A DNA stretch of 64,000 bases from Hydrolagus affinis (lineage: Eukaryota), in assembly GCA_012026655.1 (NCBI GenBank), contig JAAILG010001274.1, forward strand, positions 1-64,000, in the 5' to 3' direction. This document shows positions 22,710 through 35,203 of this stretch, piece after piece. Both the position numbers and the translations under genes were made by a program. The notes beneath the pieces are model-generated. The model searched no databases. It was not told the DNA's origin and saw nothing but the letters and a program-made list of their open reading frames with translations. Numbering within the stretch: position 1 is the first letter of the stretch; each line of letters opens with the position of its first letter.

Positions 22710-23255
22710 TGCTTGCATTTCATATCGTGCTATATCAGTAAAATGTCAAAATATCTCAAACAGTTTCACAGTTTGAGGTTTGTTTTTTCTCCCCTGGCTG
22801 GCGTGTGCACAGCGTATTTGTAGGCAAACAAGGCAGACAATTTACCAACAGCCTCGTCCCATGAAACAGACACATTTCATTCACACGGGGAAAGCGTGGG
22901 GTGGGGGTGAGTGAGACTGACTGGGAAGCTCTTCCAAAGAGTCGGCACAGGCACGATGGATGGAATGGCCACCTTCTGTGCTATAATATTTTATGATTCT
23001 ATGAAACAGCCACATTTTTTTCAACTGAGGAATTGTTTGGCAGCAGGCGAGGGGGACCTCCCTTCTCTTTTAAATTATGCTGTCAGATATTTAATGAACA
23101 GCTGACTGGACCTCAGTCGAACTCATTTGAAAGACAGCGAATCCCTGAGTACAGTCCTGGATTGACAGCCAAGCCAACCAGCTCCAAGTCCCAATCGGGG
23201 CTTCATAATGACATCGGACTTCGGAGATCTGAATTAGTGATGTCTACAAACTAAT
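22710..23255 (-). mobile_element. Ancient, near full-length DeuSINE-like element split by a CR1 insertion
   Basis: tail CTTGCATTTCATATCGTGC at 22712; antisense Deu-like core CTCCCTTCTCTTTTAAATTATGCTGT...CTCATTTGAAAGACAGC...TCCCTGAGTACAGTCCTGGATTGACAGCC at 23057-23170. Confidence 0.6.
22878..23004 (+). mobile_element. 5'-truncated CR1 (3' UTR only)
   Basis: AAAGAGTCGGCACAGGCACGATGGATGGAATGGCCACCTTCTGTGCT...ATGATTCTATGA; flanked by a 17-bp duplication ATGAAACAGMCACATTT. Confidence 0.85.
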
Positions 23256-24474
23256 ATTTTTGTTACCATTTCCTTGGACTAGAAAATATATTTATGGAGT
23301 ATAATTAGAGTTTTAAATCACAGAAATTGCTTTCCCTCTCCTCTCCCCCCCACCCCCCCCCCCACATGGATTTTCTTTCCCCTTTCATTCATATCATAGT
23401 TTTCACTTCTGGTAAGGTTATATTTTGAGGGACGACAATTTAAAATGTTTCTGCTATTTTTTAAAGGTATCAATACATTCCTTTAACACTGAGCTTCCAC
23501 TGAGTATCAATGATTTGAATATCAAATGCAAATACAATTTGTTAGGCATATTCTTGTCATGTTAAAGTCATATATATATGTGTTAAAAAAAACACATCTA
23601 TTACAGTGCACTGTTACTGAATACCAGATATTGTATTTAGAATAATCTGTTTTTATATCTGACACTGAATATTATAGGCAACAGAGTTGGTTAAAGACTT
23701 GAACGTAAAGTAGCATTGCTGGGATCCAGTGCTTCTAAGAATGCGTGTAACTAAAATAGCAGTTCTCTGCTCTGAATTGTGAAATGTAGCGTATATATGT
23801 TTTGTGACAGTTTAAGTCATAAATTCGCTGTGATATACCGAGATAATTGGGTGGTAGAAAGATGTACATAATCTCTACCCTTTACAGTCTTCGAAGGGCA
23901 AATCAAAATGGCTGGTTTAATGACGTGTCATGCTGAAACTCTTGGAAAATCGCTGTACAGTGTCAGCTAAGTGACAGTAATGAGGAACAGGTTACCAAAG
24001 GCCTCCCAGAAATGCTCACAAGATATTGTTTCACCGATATAACTTTGATTATACGACTCGTGTGAGTTTATCGCTAGTGAGGATTTTTTTTTGCCAGCAC
24101 TGCAGTGTGAGCCGCGTAATACCATCTTCCACATGGGGAAAATTACAACTGTATCACAATTCAGCTCAGAGGACTTCCTAAGTATTGCTTGTGTCAACAA
24201 ATAATCAAAATAACACTGACTACTGTACTACAAAATCAATCGGTTCTCTCAAACATGTCCCTTCCTCCCTCCCTCCCTTGCTCACTCATTTAGCTTTGTG
24301 CTTTGGCCTCATTTAGCTTTCACTCAAGTAACAGCAAAGGAACTCGACTTGCACTGAACATGAACAGACAGAGGATAAACATAAAGGCCTCACGCATTAC
24401 AGAATTGCAATGAGCATTTGATAGTGAGCTTTCTACAGTGTCTAATTACATCTGGTCAAAAGGGCACACTTTAT

Positions 24475-24545
24475 TAAGAACATAAGAAATTCTGGATGAA
24501 AAAGTCCCAAGCTCCATCTAGTTCACCTTTCCTGACAGTTGCTTG
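24475..24545 (-). mobile_element. CR1 3' tail
   Basis: TAAGAACATAAGAAAT...CCATCTAGTTCACC. Confidence 0.6.
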
Positions 24546-24732
24546 CGCATTTTCTTTTTAAAACACACAATAATCCCACCCCATTTTCAAAGTCCGTCTC
24601 AAGATGAATCTCTTTGACTATGTCTGAGTTCATCTCTCTGTACCACCCACCTTCTTCAGATCCCCCATTGATTTGTGTTAAAGCACTTTGAGACATAAAA
24701 GGCATAATATACATTGCCGATATTGACTCCTT

Positions 24733-25033
24733 GTGGAGTCCTGTAGCTCAGTGGTTAGAGCACTCGCCTTTCAAGCAAGAAACCTGGGATCAATTCCGGG
24801 CTGGGTGAAACCTTGGGCAAGTTGGACATGCCTAATAATAATAATCATCCCTCAAAAAAAAATCATACATTGGTCATTTCCATCCACAACTGTTTGTGAG
24901 GACACTGCTGTGTGCAATTGGCTGCCATGTTTCGCCCACATATACACAGTCAATTCACTTTACAGTATATTCTTTAAAACGTCGAGAAGATGTGAAATGC
25001 GCTATATCAAATGCAAGGATTATTATTATTATT
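24733..25033 (+). mobile_element. Full-length SINE, short variant
   Basis: GTGGAGTCCTGTAGCTCAGTGGTTAGAGCACTCGCC...AAATGCAAGG(ATT)n. Confidence 0.92.
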
Positions 25034-26185
25034 TCTTGTGTTCTTATTGTAAATGCACTCACAGTAACTTGCTTTATAACCTATTTTGTGATATTCAAGG
25101 TCTTTCAGTCTTACATTTACATTTTAGCCTCAATACAATATTGTTGGGAGTTTTTGTAGTAAAGATTTAATTCTTCTTCATGTTAACCCGGGGCTGAATA
25201 TTTCAGCAACTGAATATATAACAGTAAAATTGCTAATCCAGGAGTAAGATGTTTTTTTACCTTGAAGGGTTCTGCTGCATGTCTATTGAACAACAGTGGA
25301 AATAATTATCAGCAATTTACGATTGCCTTGAGATCTCTAGCAGGTTTAGCATCTGAAGAAAATAAAACGCAATGTTGCACATGTATTTTATTCTTCCACG
25401 ACTTTGGGTATCTTTTCTTCCTGCTCGTGTCCTTGGATGGTTAAAAAAAAACCTTCTCAGAAACAAGAGACTGAATTTTCTAGATTAAGGTAATAAATAG
25501 GCAATCCTCCAAACAATTAAGTAATTCTGATTAGCTATTTGCATACCGCTTCAGGCATTACTTCTTTTTTATCTAAACTGCATCTATTCCATGTAATGGT
25601 AATTTCACTAATTGTCAGTAACTGAAGTTCCCACACCAAGGCCTATGTGTAATTACAATCCATCTCAAGATTTCATCTCTACCTTAACTATACCTGGTAT
25701 CGAATACTTACATAGGGGACCATTAACAACCTTATCGCAGAGTCGGTGAAAGTTCTTATTTAAGTGAACTGAGATACCACTTCTCATGAAGGTACATGAT
25801 GCCTTTCTACCCAATGTTAGTGGCTGTGTGTCATCACAATGATGGGTATGATGGATTGTTTGGTTTGTGTAATTACAGTTCACAATGGGAAGGAATTCAA
25901 GATTTATTTTGGATGAGAATAGCAGATTTCTATTCCATGTGATGAGTTCAAGGCCAGCCATGGGATGCATATGGTAAAGGTATTAGATAGAGCTTTATGT
26001 AACTGCAGATGTTCAGGGGAAAAAAAATAGTTTTTTCAGGAAATGCACAGGGACTTTTTGGACTTTGTGAGGCTGTCTCATGATTTGCTTTGTAGAATTA
26101 GCTTTTTATTTTATTTGAATGCATCAATTGTTTTCGATTACTTTGACCTCCCATAAAGCATGCAAAAAGTTCCATAAATCAAATC

Positions 26186-26493
26186 TAATAATAATAATAA
26201 TCCTTGCATTTGATATAACGCTTTTCACATCTTACCGACATCTCAAAGCACTTCACGGAATATGCTGTAAAGTGAATTGACTGTATATTTGTGGGCGAAA
26301 CGCAGCAGCCAATTGCGCACAGCAGTGTCCCCCAAACAGTCGTGGATTGAAATGACCAATTTTTATTATTGTGGTTTTGTTTTTTTGGATGGAATATTGT
26401 TAGGCATGTGGAGTAAGGAAACTTGCCAAAAATTTCGCCCCGATCTGTCTGGATTCGTACACAGATCTCACGCTTGTAAAGCGAGCGCTCTAC
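26186..26493 (-). mobile_element. Near full-length SINE, short variant
   Basis: tail through GGATTCGTAC...CGCTTGTAAAGCGAGCGCTCTA. Confidence 0.92.
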
Positions 26494-27194
26494 CTGTTGT
26501 ATTTATCTAATCCTTGAAGTAAAAATATTTTTGTCCCTTGTGACTTCCCTTCCATGTGGAGCTCCCTACCACAATTGCAAATTAATTTTATAAATATGTA
26601 TACTGTATACATATTGCAGAACACGTTGGGACCACTGCATAGTTTTTAACTTAGTGAACTTTGATGATCAATTGGAAAAGATAATCTATAATCATATCCA
26701 GCACTATCTAAGCCATGTTTGGTCTGTTCCTTTATTGTTGCCAACAGAATAAATGTTCTATAATTCAGTGCCACAAATCTCTTGGCATTGCATTATTTGA
26801 TGCATTATTCCAAATTTTAAAAATATAGATGAATGCTGTATTAGGTGCAGTCATTTCCATAGAGGGAGGAATTTCTTTGTTAAGCCCATCACAAGGCAAA
26901 CCACCTTCACAAGTGTGTGGCAAGTCCCATTTGTGACTGAACAGTTTCAAAACTAACCAAGAAGCTTGAAGCTGAAGGGTACATTTTAAAAAATCTGCAT
27001 ATGAAACAGGAATGAAAAGTCATCATAGAAGGGAAGTCATAGCGGACAAAAATCTTTTTACTTCAAGGATTAGATAAATACAAAGGTAAATATTTTTACT
27101 TTTCAAAAATGAGTTACTTTTTTTACATTAGATATTTCTTTTTAAAAAAAAGTTTTCTCACGCACTCCGACAATAACTTTGTTCATTACTAGAT

Positions 27195-27692
27195 ATATGA
27201 TATAATGTGAGGAAGTGTGAAGTTATTCACCTATTTAGTAAAAACAGAAAAGCAGATTATTCTCTTGAAGGGGAGAGACTAGAACGTATTAGTATTTAGA
27301 GGGATTTGGGTGTCCTTGTACACCAATCACAAAAAGTTAGTATACAGGTACAGCAAGCAACTAGGCAGGCTAATGGCATGTTGGCATTCATTACAAAAGT
27401 ATTAGAATATAAGAGTAGGGAAGACTTGCTGCAACTGTATAGGGCCTTGGTGAGACCGCACGTAGAATATTGCATGCAGTTTTGGTCTCCTTATTTAAGA
27501 AAGGACATACTCGCCTTAGAGGGGGTGCAGCGTAGATTGATAGATTTCTAATGGATAAAGGGATTAAAGGATATGGGGATAAAACGGGCAGGTAGAGTTA
27601 GATTAGAAGATCAGCCATGATCTTATTGAATGGTAGGGCAGGCTCGAGGGGTTGAATGGCCTACTCCTGCTCCTTCTTCTTATGTTCTTATG
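27195..27692 (+). mobile_element. CR1 LINE ORF2 C-terminal fragment plus 3' UTR, with an internal deletion
   Basis: ORF 27306-27551 LLQLYRALVRPHVEYCMQFWSPYLRKDILALEGVQRR is a canonical CR1 ORF2 motif; 3' UTR GAATGGCCTACTCCTGCTCC with a (TTCTTATG)n end. Confidence 0.93.
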
Positions 27693-28162
27693 TATGCAAA
27701 CAACAAGAGGATATGTTTTTCAAATGCTGTTCTGTCGATCTGTGTGCTAAAACATATTTATTGTATGCTATTCACTGATTTAGCCTATTGGGATGATCTG
27801 CTTGATCCATCCGATAGAGATGGGGTCACCTGAAATCACAGATAAACTGACTTCACAATCCCCACAGAAAGGAAATTCAAAGTGATTTTGTAATGGTGGA
27901 GCAGAGCTGTTATACAAAATGGGGAGAGTTGCTCTGCCCAACGATATCCCATTTAATTGGATTGCCAGTTTGCAAAGCAATGATATCGTTGTCTTTACAG
28001 CTTACAAAGAGTCACCGACATTTGTTGATGGGCTTATGAAGTGATTGCAGCCTACGAAAGGAGATGGTTGTGAAAAAGCCAGTAGCTATCTAGCTCTCTA
28101 GCACTCAGGTGCTGTTATGATGGTGTTGACCCTTAGCTTTCGCATGGCTTCCCCAAGAGAAG

Positions 28163-28462
28163 ATGCTGCAGAGAATTCACCAACAGGCAAATGTTATTCT
28201 CAGTACTGCCCCTGTGCTTTGGAACTCCATCCCGCAATCCCTTCACCTTGCTCACCCCTTTGCCTCCTTAAGACTGGTAGCAAGATCCCCCTCTTTGACC
28301 TTGCCTTCAGCCACCATCCTACCTCTCTTTGCCCTCCTCCCTGCCCCCAACACCCCCACTAACTCCATGCTCGGGTCCCAGTTCCTGACTGTTCAGCGCC
28401 TTGGGATGTCCTCCTGATGTGAAAGGTGCTCAACAGATGTAATTTTCTTGTTGTTGCTGTTG
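28163..28462 (+). mobile_element. L2 LINE 3' end
   Basis: APVLWNSIPQSLHL... and LFDLAFS (L2 ORF2 C-terminus), then CAGCGCCTTGGGATGTCCTCCTGATGTGAAAGGTGCT...(TTG)n. Confidence 0.85.
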
Positions 28463-29219
28463 TACTGAGCAATCTTCTGTTAGGGTGGAGTCCGGTACTA
28501 GTTCTCCATGTCTAAGACCTTGACATCTTCTTGAAGCTCCTCACTATCCTCTCAATCTGGCATCTTAAAGGCTTTTGCTTTCTTATTCCAACGATGTCAC
28601 TGTATGGCCAGTTAGCACATATGTTTTTATTCTCCCCCCTCTTCCCCTCTCCCCCCACCTCACTAGTTGTATGGAATACACCTAACACCAAGGAATAAAT
28701 CTGATCCAAAATGAGGAACTTCATTCCGCACTACTCAGACGTAAGAAAAAATAAGGTGTCACGTTGAACAGAATTTTTAACCTCATTTTACCGCCATTAA
28801 ATGCAAGATATTTCATAGACTGGACGGAGCATGCGGCTTGGCAACAACATTTGCAGTGGCTGAAACACTTTCTTGAAACAGGAACAAAAAATTTAGTGGA
28901 TTAACAGCATCCGCTCAGCTCTTGAAGTGCATTACTGCACTAATGCAGTTTTCAAAAAAATATATAACACAGTTGAGCTTGGTGGGGAGTAATTTATTCC
29001 ATTATCAGAATTTTTTTTGTTATGTTGATGGCAGGTGTCACGGCACACGTCAAACGATGTGAGTTGGATTTAAATCCTGTTGAGACGTTCTCCTGACGTA
29101 TTTAAATGTAAATTGTATTCTATTGTTGTACTGTATGATTTGAACTGCTTCAGATGATTGGAGGGTTTAGTATACAGTATACTTTCTATATGTGTTATAT
29201 ATATCATAATACAGTAATA

Positions 29220-29348
29220 TAATAATCATTTGATGTGGAGCCTAATTGTGACTTTGAGATGTCTCAAAGCTCTTCACAGAATGTACTGCAAAATAATTTG
29301 ACTGTGTAATTTGTGGGTGAAACGCAACAGCATGGCAGTGTCCCACCA
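29220..29348 (-). mobile_element. Degraded SINE 3' fragment
   Basis: GAGATGTCTCAAAGCTCTTCACAGAATGTACTG...GTGTCCCAC. Confidence 0.75.
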
Positions 29349-30295
29349 AATTATTATCATTGAATTATCAGTCGTTGCTAAAGTGGAAGAGATCTTGTGC
29401 GGAAGTGAATCAAAAGAACAATGTGTTTTGTTTTCCAGGTCACCAGAAGGCACATTTTTAAATTAAAAATTTGATTTCCTTTTTGACATTTAAAAAAAAA
29501 AAAATTGATTGCGAACGTAAACCGCTGAGAGGAATTCCATTTCCCTCCTTTCGGTAACTTTCCCCAGCCTGTTTCGGAAAGATAAGGTGTTGTAATATTT
29601 CCAGACAGGCTCTAGTTTGGAGCTGGATGCCCATGAAACATAATGGAGCTCACCTCACTGACAGCCCATGGGAGATCAGGAACTTTACGCATTGGAACTG
29701 CAGGATAAATTTATTTCCAATAACTGTGCCACACTGTTTTAAGAACAACCGACAGGCATTTACATTTGTAGACATGCCCTGTGACGGGCCGAGGTCGTGT
29801 TAATTTCTGGAACAGAGCACTAAGCGTTGAAAGGAACCCTCTACGGCAAATGGGAAGAGATTGTGAAAGGCATTCATGCCCTGGCTTATTTGTCAACTCA
29901 ATCAATTTGTTATTGTTAATTTGTTAACCCCCCACAATATGTCAGAAAATCTCCCAAAGGCTACCACATAATGGAGTAATTGCGGAATGAGAGTGGATGA
30001 GAGAGGGGGAGGGAAGTGACGGGTATTTCAAATGTATTCACCCAATAGCACTGGAAATTGATTCACACATTTCTTCTTAAAAGGAAATGTCTGTCTCGGA
30101 ATCGGTGTTTTAGTTGGTGCTGTTCGCGCCTAGACGTGTGTTGGTAATGAAATGTTGATTGTAGTATTTTGAATGCTGCAGTGGGGTTTTGGAATGTGAT
30201 TACAATATTTGGTTGGGCTCACCAAAAAAGAGCAAAGGCTTGTTTAACCTTTGCACCAGGCATTTCTGTTCACAAATGATGTTCCGTGACTTGGT

Positions 30296-30615
30296 TATAA
30301 TAATTCTTGCATTTGATATCGCGCTTTTCACATCTTATCGACATCTCAAAGCGCTTCACAGAATATACTGTAAAGTGAATTGACTGTAGATAAGTGGGCA
30401 AGACGCGGCAGCCAATTGTGCACAGCAGTGTCCCCACAAACAGTCTTAGATTGAAATTACCAATTTTTATTATTGTTTTTTTTTTTGGAGGGCTTATTAT
30501 TAGGCGTGTGTGTGGAGTAAGGAAACTTGCCCAAGGTTTCGCCCTGACCTGCCTGGATTCGAACACAGGTCTCAAGCTTGAAAGGCGAGTGCTCTTGATC
30601 CCTGAGCTACAGGAG
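30296..30615 (-). mobile_element. Full-length SINE, short variant
   Basis: tail through GGATTCGAAC...CTGAGCTACAGGAG. Confidence 0.92.
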
Positions 30616-31018
30616 AACTGGTTGTTCATCTCTTTTGTTTTCTCTTTTGTTGTTGATTGCTGTTTTCTCCTTCGTTAAATTTGTCCCAGACAAATTCATG
30701 TTTATAATCATGAGAGGTACGCACTTGTTTCCGAGTCACAAGATGATGGCGTGGTCATGGTATTTGAACATTTAAATTTTAAAAAAAAGTCCAAAACATA
30801 AACCCAGTAATAATAATTTAATCAAGGTGAAATCCAGTTTTATCTTTCAGTAAGGGCTGAAATAAACAGGCTTATCCCAAGTTATGTGTGCGCAGTGCAC
30901 CAATAGTGTATTATTCCAACATTTCACCATTTTGGGACATTTCACCATTGCGATATGGCCCTAATAATACAATCACATGTTCATAGACAGCAATGTTTCA
31001 CTCTGTGTGTGTATGTGG

Positions 31019-31038
31019 GAGAGAGAGAGAGAGAGAGA
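31019..31038. repeat. (GA)n microsatellite
   Basis: direct reading. Confidence 0.9.
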
Positions 31039-31339
31039 CGGTGTACGTTTACATAGGTCTATTACAACTTGATCAATGATTTTCAGTGCTACATTGATAC
31101 TTAAACAGGCCTCATCGAGTGAAGCAAAGGAATCTTCTGATTTTTGGATTGCTTTAAAAATAAATATGCTTTTTGTGCGGGAATAAAGAATGAGAGGAAG
31201 CTCTCCTTTTTTTTCTGATCTAGACAATAATGTGCAGGCTATCATTCTCATAGTGAAGCGTCAGCAAGCAATCTACCTCACTGACCAAATGACAAGTTAT
31301 TTGGGAGGGAGAAATGGATTGTGTAGTGCTGTCAAGTGT

Positions 31340-31667
31340 ATAATAATAATAATCCTTGCATTTGATAAAGCGCCTTTTCACATTTTATCGATGTCTCAAA
31401 GCGCTTCACAGAATATACTGTAAAGTGAATTGACTGTATATTTGCAGGCGAAACGCAGCAGCCAATTGCGCACAGCAGCGTCTCTACAAACAGTCGTGGA
31501 TTGAAAATAACCAATTTTTTATTATTGTTTTTTTTCCGACTGATTATTATTAAGCATGTAGAATAAGGAAACTTGCCCAAGGTTTCGCCCTGATTTGCCT
31601 GGATTCGAACGCAGGTCTCACTGCTTGTAAGGCGAGTGCTCTAACCACTGAGCTACAGGAGCTCCAC
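31340..31667 (-). mobile_element. Full-length SINE, short variant
   Basis: tail through CTAACCACTGAGCTACAGGAGCTCCAC. Confidence 0.93.
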
Positions 31668-32458
31668 CCCAGCAGTTGTCTTCTCTCCCTGACCTTGCTG
31701 TGTGCTTCACTATGGGCTTCAACTAACAGTCTCTCTCTCTCCATTCACTTCTTTGAAAAGAGTTTTGATCCAAACTGAACTGAACTGTTTTCAATTAACA
31801 TTGCCAAAACAAAAAAAACACCGTATTAATCATAGCGTTTGAACTGAGAGACTAAAACTTATTTTTTTTTGTTTGTGGGGGGTGGGTGCGGGAGAGGGGG
31901 AATTCAATTTCTTGCACTTTAAGTCATTGAGACTACAGTTCACTCAAAAATCATCGGAGGTGCTGAAATGTCAGGGCGCTCATACAAAATGTACCCTTAT
32001 TGGAAACCTCTCCCTCCCTTTGTGTATCCACCAGAATTGTCTTCCTAATGAGATGCGCTCAGCAATGCCCACACGATGGACTTAATTCTGATCATTAACA
32101 ACGAGAGAACTATAGGAGGCAGTCAAGCCTGGAGAAGGTCTCCTCTTATTCCTTTAGGAAGCTGCCTCACACGTAGAGAGAGGGAGATGGCATCTGATCA
32201 TACCAGGCAAACGAAATCGTGTGCTGGCCCCCAAGTCACAACGACGTTTCTTAATTAATTTGCGGGCGGGATTTAAAGATTTCCACGCACGCAAAACAAT
32301 ACACTGCTGGCATCTGGCGAGGCTCGAACTGTCACAGAATCAAACAAATACTTTCCATTAGGAATTGGCTGCAAATGAAAGCGCTTCGAGCAAGCACCTT
32401 GCAGGACATTTACGTGAACAGAATGCTTAGTGGAGACGGGGTAATTCATCATAGTCTG

Positions 32459-32472
32459 GTTGCTAAGGCAAC
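32459..32472. promoter_or_regulatory. RFX X-box-like palindrome
   Basis: GTTGCTAAGGCAAC, close to the RFX consensus GTTGCCATGGCAAC, in a repeat-free block; motif match only. Confidence 0.4.
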
Positions 32473-33265
32473 TTGAGTTTGGGGAGAACATGTGATGCTC
32501 GGCAGTTTCTGTTGACGGGATCTAACTGATATCTCCTCAGCAAAGGGCCAGTGTTTTGCTACTGAACGAGTGTGTGTTGATGTCTGCTGAAAGGCACAAT
32601 GGAGTGCCTCTGGAGTCGTGAAAGCGTCTCTCACTGAATGACGCTTGTTTTCACTCACTCACTCGGCAAAGGAAGGAAAGCCCCTAATTTTCCACATAAA
32701 TGCATGTTTGTAATTTACCCATTTATGAGTTGCAAGTTCCTGTGTTTTACTGGAGAAGAATACAAATGACGCCAATAATAAGCCAATGCTGTGTTCAAGT
32801 GAGACAAGTTTTATTTTTAAAATGGACTGCGCGTTAATTATTTAATTGCGAAAATAATTGTAGGGATGTCTTGGATAAAGCAAATATAAAAACAGTCCCA
32901 ATTAAATATCTTTCCGATCAACCGTATTTCAGTCCCTTTTTCTTTCTTCTTTATGCTTCATTTACACCGTTACGCAACTGAAAGGGCAAACACACAGCGA
33001 GTTGATTTGACATCCCTCTCCTTCCCGCCCTCTGAGGAATTGCTTCACCTTTGATCTCCACTATATACTGATTGCTTGCCTGTAATTAAGAGCTGACCAT
33101 AGATTAGTGGTAGCAATGTGATCAGTGGCCCAGTTGTGTTGCATCGCAAATCTCTTGACCCTATGGAATGTGAACTTCAAAATTCTTAACAATATTAGGC
33201 TTGAAATCATTGCCTTAAGTGAGGAGTTTGGAATACACTAATAATAATAATAATACTTGCAAAAA

Positions 33266-33590
33266 GTGGAGCTCCTGTCGCTCAGTGGTTGGAGCACTCG
33301 CCTTACAAGCATGAGACCTGTGTTCGAATCCAGGCAGATCAGGGCGAAACCTTGGGCAAGTTTCCTTACTCCACAAGCCTAACAATAATCCGTCCAAAAA
33401 ACCCCACAATAATAAAATTCGTCATTTCAATCCACGACTGTTTGTGGGACGTTGCTGTGCGCAATTGGCTACCGCGTTTCGCCCACAAATATACAATCAA
33501 TTCACTTTACAGTATATTCTGTGAAGCACTTTGAGATGTCGATAAGATGTAAAAAGCCCTCTATCAAATGCAAGGATTATTCTTCTTATT
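33266..33590 (+). mobile_element. Full-length SINE nested in an antisense SINE tail
   Basis: complete head-to-tail copy; the flanks (AAT)nACTTGCA (33239-33261) and TTTGATATAGCGCCTTATCACGTCTTC (33592-33618) rejoin into one minus-strand tail. Confidence 0.92.
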
Positions 33591-33879
33591 ATTTGATATA
33601 GCGCCTTATCACGTCTTCACATGTGAAGTAGATTGGTGCTTTCTTTGCAATTTTACTTAATCATTTTGTGAGGTAGAGGAGATATGGGGCAAAGTAAGTG
33701 AAGCTGTATTCTGTCTACAATCTTTGTTATTCATGATGTGAGAGTATTGCACTGGTAATTTTAATGCTCAGCGTGGAGGGCACTCTGTTAATGCAAGTAG
33801 TTGTTACTATGGCTTTCTCTAGCACTTGGAAACTTCCTAATAGCAATGTGGAATGCAAAATTCAACAGTGCACACAGTC

Positions 33880-34075
33880 ATAATAATAATCCTTACATTT
33901 ATATAGCGCTTTCCACGTCTTATCGACACCTCAAAGCGCTTCACAGAATACAACAACTGCAAGGTTGGGACCAGAGCTGGGGGGGAGGGAGAAGACAAGA
34001 GGGAAGAAAGGGAGGAGAAGAGATAGGCACCAGAGCAGGGGGGATGGGGTTGTGGTTTGGGGAAGGAAAGTAGGA
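33880..34075 (-). mobile_element. SINE tail followed by an L2-like purine-rich segment
   Basis: ATAATAATCCTTACATTTATATAGCGCTTTCCACGTCTTATCGACACCTCAAAGCGCTTCACAG. Confidence 0.7.
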
Positions 34076-35189
34076 AAGTTAACAGTCTGTTATTTCACTG
34101 CTGTGAGCACAAAAGGTGCACCATTTGCTGAACTTTTCACCTGGGCCAACACAAAAACTCACTTAAAGCTAAAATAGATGCAATTGTTTGTTTAAAAATC
34201 AAGCATTTTTTGATAACTACTCTTGAGTAATAGGCTGAAGTACTTTGATTGTTAGATATTATATATATGTTTCATATATATACTGTATGTATATATATAG
34301 CTAAATGGGTGTGAGTCACTCGTCTATTTATGGACGGACACAAGATTGATGAAGAGAAGGAGATGCCTCTGTGCATTAAGGAACTTGATCCTTTCTAATG
34401 TTCTCGCAAATCGCATTGGCATGCAGCAATCGGAGGGCTCTTGTTTTTTTCTCAATTTCGTACAATGAGAAGTTTAATTTGAGCAGATGGATGGGCTTTA
34501 GTCTAATAGCAATGGTCTGCTAAATGGTGTTTTTCATTCCAAACGGGTAAGAGAGCAGTCGCATTTTGGAAATGGTAAAGAGATTCAATAGTCAAGAGTC
34601 ATGATAACCTGCTCAGATGTGACTGATTACCAAATGGAGCAGAGTTGCCCACGTAAGCTCGCTCGAAATAAAACGTTGCATTACATACCCCTGACCACTG
34701 TGACCAGAATTGCTACCTTGTGTAAACTGTCGAATCTTTCCATCAATATTCACTGGGTTGCGCGGCGTGGAAAATGAAATTTAAGCGCCTCGTGCATTGA
34801 AATAAATCGGGCGCATGAACAATTCCATTCAGAAAACCAGAAAACATAAGCTGGTCACACGAAGCACAAAGATCTAGCTTTGCTCATTTACTCTTTACAG
34901 TGTGAAAAGTGGATTTCTGAAAACATTTGGCGTGGGTGTTTCAAAGTTGGGAGAAGGATTTGAATGGTAATATTGTCGCACGTGACTTGAGTGCTTCTTT
35001 GGTAAGGCTTGCGAGGTTATCATCAGGAGTTCCTTCTGCTTTTGGTGCCATTTGTTGGTAAATTGTTTTTGCTCTTTGAATTAAATAATGATCTTGACCA
35101 GGCAATAATGTCCTTTTTGCCTTTGTCTTTTGGAATTACTGCACTATCCATCATTCTCGCAAACCACTAGCAGTGATTATATCTCACCG

Positions 35190-35203
35190 GTTACCATAGT
35201 AAC
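35190..35203. promoter_or_regulatory. RFX X-box-like palindrome
   Basis: GTTACCATAGTAAC fits GTTRCCATRGYAAC; motif match only. Confidence 0.35.

Noticed and set aside
24384-24435. miRNA-like hairpin
   Set aside because: Short bulged stem; no resemblance to any mature miRNA I recognise
24733-25170. Recurring ORF peptides such as SSVVRALA, TVYSVKRFE and YQMQGLLL in many listed ORFs
   Set aside because: Read-through of the non-coding SINE in various frames, not a gene family
25615-25810. Second LF-SINE-like relic
   Set aside because: Only two or three very short motif echoes; too weak to call
27306-27551. 81-aa ORF as a host gene
   Set aside because: It is a CR1 ORF2 remnant with an upstream stop and an internal deletion
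34880-35006. Possible exon after CTCTTTACAG (34900)
   Set aside because: Only a short unrecognised peptide; frames stop before the stronger GTAAGG donor
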